Shown here: positions 58,800 through 64,000 of the stretch, piece by piece
How positions within the stretch are numbered: position 1 is the stretch's first letter
How the letters are laid out: every line of letters begins with the position of its first letter
Assembly (NCBI GenBank): GCA_026770705.1
Contig: JANJGN010000010.1
Location: forward strand, 1,364,001-1,428,000
Direction of reading: 5' to 3'
Source: Isurus oxyrinchus
Lineage: Eukaryota
Length of the DNA: 64,000 nucleotides
Translations under genes and position numbers: made by a program
The notes under the pieces: generated by a model
Databases searched by the model: none
What the model was told of the DNA's origin: nothing
The model's input: only the letters and a program-made list of their open reading frames with translations

Positions 58800-61712
58800 C
58801 AGTGTCGGGTAAGTATTTACTGCTTTTATCGCTTATAGCTTTTAAGGTCTTATTTTGTGGTTTATTGCTTGTAAGGGCTATATTCTGTAACAACGTGGAG
58901 CAGGGAAGAAGGGCCCTAGAGTAATTGATAATATTTGATATTAAGTATCTTCCAAAAGGTTTAATTTAATTTAAAGGGGTAAGTCATGGCAGGAGAGTGG
59001 AAGCCATGGTGTCCTCCTCCTGCTCCATGTGGGAAGCTGGGAACATTTCCACTGCCCGGGGCCAGCATGTGTACGGGAAGTGTCTCCAGCTGCAGCTCCT
59101 GGAGGCCTTAGTTTCGGAACTGGAGCGGCGTCTGGGGACACTGTGGAGCATCCACGAGATGGAGAATATCGTGGATAGCACGTATAGAGAGATGGACACA
59201 CCGCAGGCTAAGATTCCACAGGCAGGAAGGGAATGGGTGACCACAAGACAGAGCAAGAGGACTAGGCAGGCAGTGCAGGAATCTCTTGTGGCTATTCCCC
59301 TGTAAAACAGATATACCGCTTTGGATACTGTTGAGGGGAATGGCTTCTCAGGGGAAAGCAGCAACAGCCAAATTCGTTGCACTGCAGTTGACTGCTGCAC
59401 AGGGGAGGAGTAAAAAGTGTGGGAATGCAATAGTTATAGGGGATTCAATTGTAAGAGGAATAGATAGGCGTTTCTGTGGTCGCAAATGAGACTCCAGGAT
59501 GGTATGTTACCTCCCTGGTGCTAGGGTCAAGGATGTCTCAGAGCGGCTACAGGACATTCTGAAGGGGGAGGGTGAGCAGCCAGTGGTCATGGTACACATC
59601 GGTACAAACCACATAGGTAAAAAAAAGGGATGAGGTCCTAAAAGCAGAATATAGGGAGTTAGGAAGTAAGTTGAAAAGTAGGACCTCAAAGGATTAGTAC
59701 AAGTGCCACGTGCTAGCCAGAGGAGAAATTGCAGGATATATGAGATGAATATGTGGCTGAAGAGATGGTGTGAGGGGGAGGGTTTCAGGTTCCTGGGACT
59801 GGTTCTGGGGAAGGTGGGACCAGTACAAACTGGGTGGGTTACAACTGGGCAGGACTGGGACTGATGTCCTAGGGGCAACATTTGCTAGTGTGATTGGTTA
59901 GGGTTTAAACTAAAATGACAGGGGGATGGGAACCTTTGCAAGGAGTCAGAAGAGGGGGAAATCAAGGACAAGAACAAAAGACAGAAAAGGGGTAAGAAAA
60001 GTGATAGGCAGAGAAATCAAGGACGAGAATCAAACAGGGCCTCAATGAAAAATAGTGAGAACGGGACAAGTAAGGTTAAAAAGACAAGCCTTAAAGCTTT
60101 GTGTCTTAACGTGAGGAGCATTTGCAATAAATTGGATGAGTTATCCACGCAAATAGATGTAAACAGGTGTGATATAGTCGGGATTATGGAAACATGGATG
60201 CAGGGTGACCAGGGAAGGGAACTGAACATCCAGGGGTATTCAGTACTTAGGAAGGACAGACAAAAAGGAAAAGGCGGTGGAGTTGCATTGCTGGTTAAAG
60301 AGGAAATTAACATAATAGTGAGGAAAGGTATTAGTTCCGATGATGTGGAATCTGTATGGGTGGAGCTGAGAAACATTAAGGGGCAAAAGTCATTAGTGGG
60401 GGTTGTAAATAGACCCCCAAACTGTAGTGGTGATGTTGGGAATGGCATTAAACAGGAAATTAGAGACATGCAATAAAGGAACATCGGTAATTATGGGTGG
60501 CTTTAATCTGCATATAGATTGGGCAAATCAAATTAGTAACAATACGGTAGAGAGGAGTTCCTGGAGTGGGATGGTTTTCTGGACCAATACGTTGAGGAAG
60601 CTACTAGAGAACAGGCCAGCCTAGACTGGGTATTGTGTAATGAAAAAGGAATAATTGGCAATTGAGTTGTGCGAGGCCCCTTGAGGATCATAATATAATA
60701 GAATTCTTCATCACGATGGAGAGTGACGTAGTTGATTCTGAGACTAGGATCCTGAATCTTAATAAAGGAAACTACGCTGGTATGAGGCGCGAGTTGGCTT
60801 TCATGGATTGGGAAACATTACTTAAAGGGATGACGGTGGATAGGCAATGGGAAACATTCAAAGAGCGCATGGGTGAACTGAAACAATTGTTTATTCCTGT
60901 CTGGCACAAAAATAAGACAGGAAAGGTGGTCAAACCATGGCTTAGAAGGGAAATTAGAGATAGTATTAGATCCAAGGAAGAGGCACACAAATTGGCCAGA
61001 AAAAACAACAGACCTGAGGATTCGGAGCAATTTAGAATTCAGCAAAGGAAGACCAAGGGATTGATTAAGAACGAGAAAATAGAGTACAAGAGTAAGCTTG
61101 CGGGGAACATAAAAACTGACTAAAAGTTTCCGTAGGTGTGTGAAGGGAAAAAGATTGGTGAAGACAAATGTAGGTTCCTTACAGTCAGAAACAGGTGAAT
61201 TTATAATGGGGAACAAAGAATTGGCTGACCAACTAAATATATACTTTGGTTTTGCCTTCACAAAGGAAGACACAAATAACATACCAGAAATGTTGGGGAA
61301 CACAGGGTTTAGTGAGAGGGAGGAACTGAAAGAAATCAGTATTAGTGGGGAAATGGTGTTGGGGAAATTGATGGGATTGAAGGCCGATAAATCCCCAGGG
61401 CCTGATAATCTACATCCCAGAGTACTTAAGGAAGTGGCCCTAGAAATAGTGGATGCATTGGTGATCATCTTCCGAGATTCTATAGACTGGAACAGCTCCT
61501 ACAGGTTAGAGGGTAGCTAATGTAACCCCACTATTTAAAAAGGGAGGTAGAGAGAAAACGGAATTATAGACCAGTCAGCCTGACATCGGTAGTGGGGAAA
61601 ATTCTGGAGTCCATTATAAAAGATTTAATAGCTGAGCACTTGGAAAACAGTGGCAGAATCAGACAGAGTCAGCATGGATTTATGAAAGGGAAATCGTGCT
61701 TGACAAATCTAC
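58800..61712 (+). mobile_element. CR1 LINE 5' portion: ORF1 (Zn finger + SGNH esterase), ORF2 endonuclease and start of RT, degenerate
   Basis: CSMWE..GKCLQLQLL, VIGDSIVR, LNVRSICNK..DIVGIMETW..GGGVA, KSPGPDNLHPRVLKE, QHGFMKGKSCLTNL. Confidence 0.9.
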
Positions 61713-62230
61713 TGTGCTGGGCTCCTCCATCATTGAGGCTGGGGATATTTGTGGAGCTTTCTCCTCCAGTGAAGTGTCTAATTGTCTACCACCATTCACG
61801 ACTGGATGTGGCAAGGCTGCAGAGCTTAGATCTGATCCGTTGGTTGTGGGATCGCTTAGCTCTGTCTATCACTTGCTGCTTATGCTGGTTGGAATGCAAA
61901 TAGTCCTGTGTAATAGCTTCACCAGGTTGACACCTCATTTTTAGGTATGCCTGGTGCTGCTCCTGACATGCCCTCCTGCACTCTTCATTGAACCAGGGTT
62001 GATCCCCTGGCTTGATGGTAATGGTAGAGTGGGGGATATGCCTGGCCATGAGGTTACAGATTGTGTTTGAGTACAATTCTGCTGCTGCTGATGGCCCACA
62101 GCGCCTCATGGATGCCCAGTCTTGAGTTGCTAGATCTGTTTGAAATCTATCCTATTTAGCACAGTGGTAGTGGCACACAACATGATGGAGGGCATTCTCA
62201 ATGTGAAGGTGGGATTTTGTCTCCACAACG
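61712..62230 (-). mobile_element. L2/CR1-group LINE fragment
   Basis: Closely matches 12060-12580 (PWFNEECRRACQEQHQAYLKMR). Confidence 0.8.
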
Positions 62231-62239
62231 ATATTGTCC

Positions 62240-63690
62240 AGCACTACTAGCATTATTTAGCAATACTAATTTCCTTCAATTCCTCCTTTTCATTAGGCCC
62301 TTGGTTCCCTACTATTTCTGGGAAGCTATGTGTCTTCCTCCATGAAGACAGAACTACAGTAGCTGTTTAATTGCTTTGCCATTTCCTTATTTTCTATTAT
62401 AAATTCTCCCGTGTCAGACTGTAAGACATTTGTCTTCACTACTCTTTTTTTTTTATTAATACTTACAGAAGTTTAACTGTCTGCTTTTATGTTCCTTGCA
62501 AGTTTACTCTCATATTCTATTTTTCCACACTTAATCAATCCTTTGGTCCTCCTCTGGTGAATTCTAAACTGCTCCCAATGCTCAGGCTTGCTATTTTATC
62601 TAGCAACTTTATATGACTCCTCTTTGGATCTAATTCTATCCTTAATTTCTTTTGTTAGCTGTGATTGGGTCACTTCTCCTCTTGTGTATTTGCGCCAGAA
62701 AGGAATATGTAACCGTGGCAATGTATACATTCGTTCCTTAAATATTAACCATTGTCTGTCCACCATCATGAGTTTTAATGAAGTTCCCCAATCTATCTTA
62801 GCCAACTCACGCCTTATACCTTCGTAGTTTCCTTTGTTAAGATTTAGGACCCTAGAGCAGAATTTTTAGATTGGTGTGTGGGCATGTGCCCGACTCGCTC
62901 GAGCGTAAAATAGCACGTGATGACGTTGGATAAGTGTCCCGCCGTCATCTCACGCTCGTGCGATATTTTGGTTGGCGGGTGCACACAAAAGTTGGAAGTG
63001 CGTCCGCTGACAATTAAGAGGGCAATTAAGCCTTTTAAATTTCCAATTGTCCCTGATTTTTTGTGGTTTGCCCAACCTTATGGTTGGCGGAAGGGCAAAT
63101 TTGCCAGGCGGACTTTGCATTTTTGATGAAGCCTCATCCAAGGGCGAGATAAGGTTTCCATTATTCAATAAAAAAAAATGTATGGCCAGAATTTTTGTCA
63201 TGTATTACGTTCAGGTGACTGATTCTGATGCGTCCACATTTTTTTTCCAGATTTTAAAATCTTTATTTATTGGTTTTAAATTCTTCAGCTCCCTGAGGCA
63301 GTTCCCTGTCTTCAGGGAGCTTTCATTCCGAGCTCCCCTGTGTCCGCCCTTATGTCAGCGCCCGCCCTCCTTCCATCCCCACCCTGGCAGCGCTGAGCAT
63401 TTCAGCGCGTGTTTCACGGCTGGTCGTTAATTGGCCAGCCAGTGTGAAATCGCGGTCGGAGGTGGATCGTGGGCAGCAGTCCATTCCCCGGCTGTTCCTG
63501 AGCCCGCCGATCGCGCCCGCACAATGACCTAAAAATCCTGCCCCTAGTTTCAGACCGGACTACTTCACTTTCCATCCTAATGAAGAATTCTATCATTGTT
63601 CCCTAAAGGATCCCACACAACAAGATTATCAATTAAACCCTTCTCATTGCACAATACCAAATCTAGGATAGCCTGTTCCCTAGTGAGTTC
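62240..63690 (-). mobile_element. CR1 ORF2 fragment (split by the MITE)
   Basis: MIEFFIRMESEVVRSETR; LAKIDW..DRQW..FKE. Confidence 0.75.
62855..63543. mobile_element. Non-autonomous Harbinger-type MITE inserted in CR1
   Basis: TIRs GAGCAGAATTTTTAG / CTAAAAATCCTGCCC, CTA TSD (62852-54, 63544-46); removing it restores the CR1 sequence. Confidence 0.85.
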
Positions 63691-64000
63691 CTAGAGGAAG
63701 AGATCCCAGACCGGTGGGGGAATCCCCAAAATATAGGAACTGACTCCATCCGATGAGGAGGCAGCTGAGTTGGCAGGGGAGGGCAGGGCTCGCTCCTGTG
63801 GTAAAGGTGAGATTGGCCTTTCCCAGCATTCACCCACACCCTCCACCAGCGCAGAGACACATACCTCGGAGACACAGATCTCAGCCTTCAAAGTGCTAGA
63901 GACCTGGCCTGTCACTGCCTCTGACTGTTGGGGAGACGTATCAGTGAGGTGGTATCCAGTTAATGAACCTGAGCCTAACCGAGATCTAAGAGCCCGCTGA
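63690..64000 (+). mobile_element. Probable Harbinger accessory-gene remnant
   Basis: PTPSTSAETHTSE motif as above. Confidence 0.35.

Overview
Repeat-rich vertebrate genomic DNA, most likely a cartilaginous fish (inferred from the RAG2 sequence and the CR1/DeuSINE/Harbinger/Penelope repeat mix), covering part of the RAG locus. It contains an intact single-coding-exon RAG2 (15921-17474, minus) and the 5' end of IFTAP/C11orf74/NWC on the plus strand. IFTAP has a CpG-rich promoter with two divergent ZNF143 sites and a non-coding exon 1 at ~23.73-23.84 kb, and its first coding exon at 56443-56595. A candidate RAG2 non-coding exon 1 and promoter with an E-box/MYB cluster lies at ~32.9-33.15 kb, inside IFTAP intron 1. 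No RAG1 coding sequence is seen. The most striking structure is a Penelope-like retroelement family carrying minimal hammerhead ribozymes. One 5.07-kb insertion is built as a 2.35-kb inverted repeat (RT + GIY-YIG) flanked by a target-site duplication (TSD). A 247-bp non-autonomous palindrome has the same asymmetric ends, two head-to-head hammerheads with a non-canonical CUGU(C/G)GA core and a 15-bp TSD, and sits next to the candidate RAG2 promoter. Older relatives are scattered through the window. There is also a ~1.09-kb near-identical inverted duplication of decayed Harbinger sequence, Harbinger MITEs, CR1/L2-group/RTE LINE fragments, Gypsy remnants, SINEs and three simple-repeat arrays. Most other ORFs in the track are transposon remnants or spurious. 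All calls were made by eye; no searches were run.
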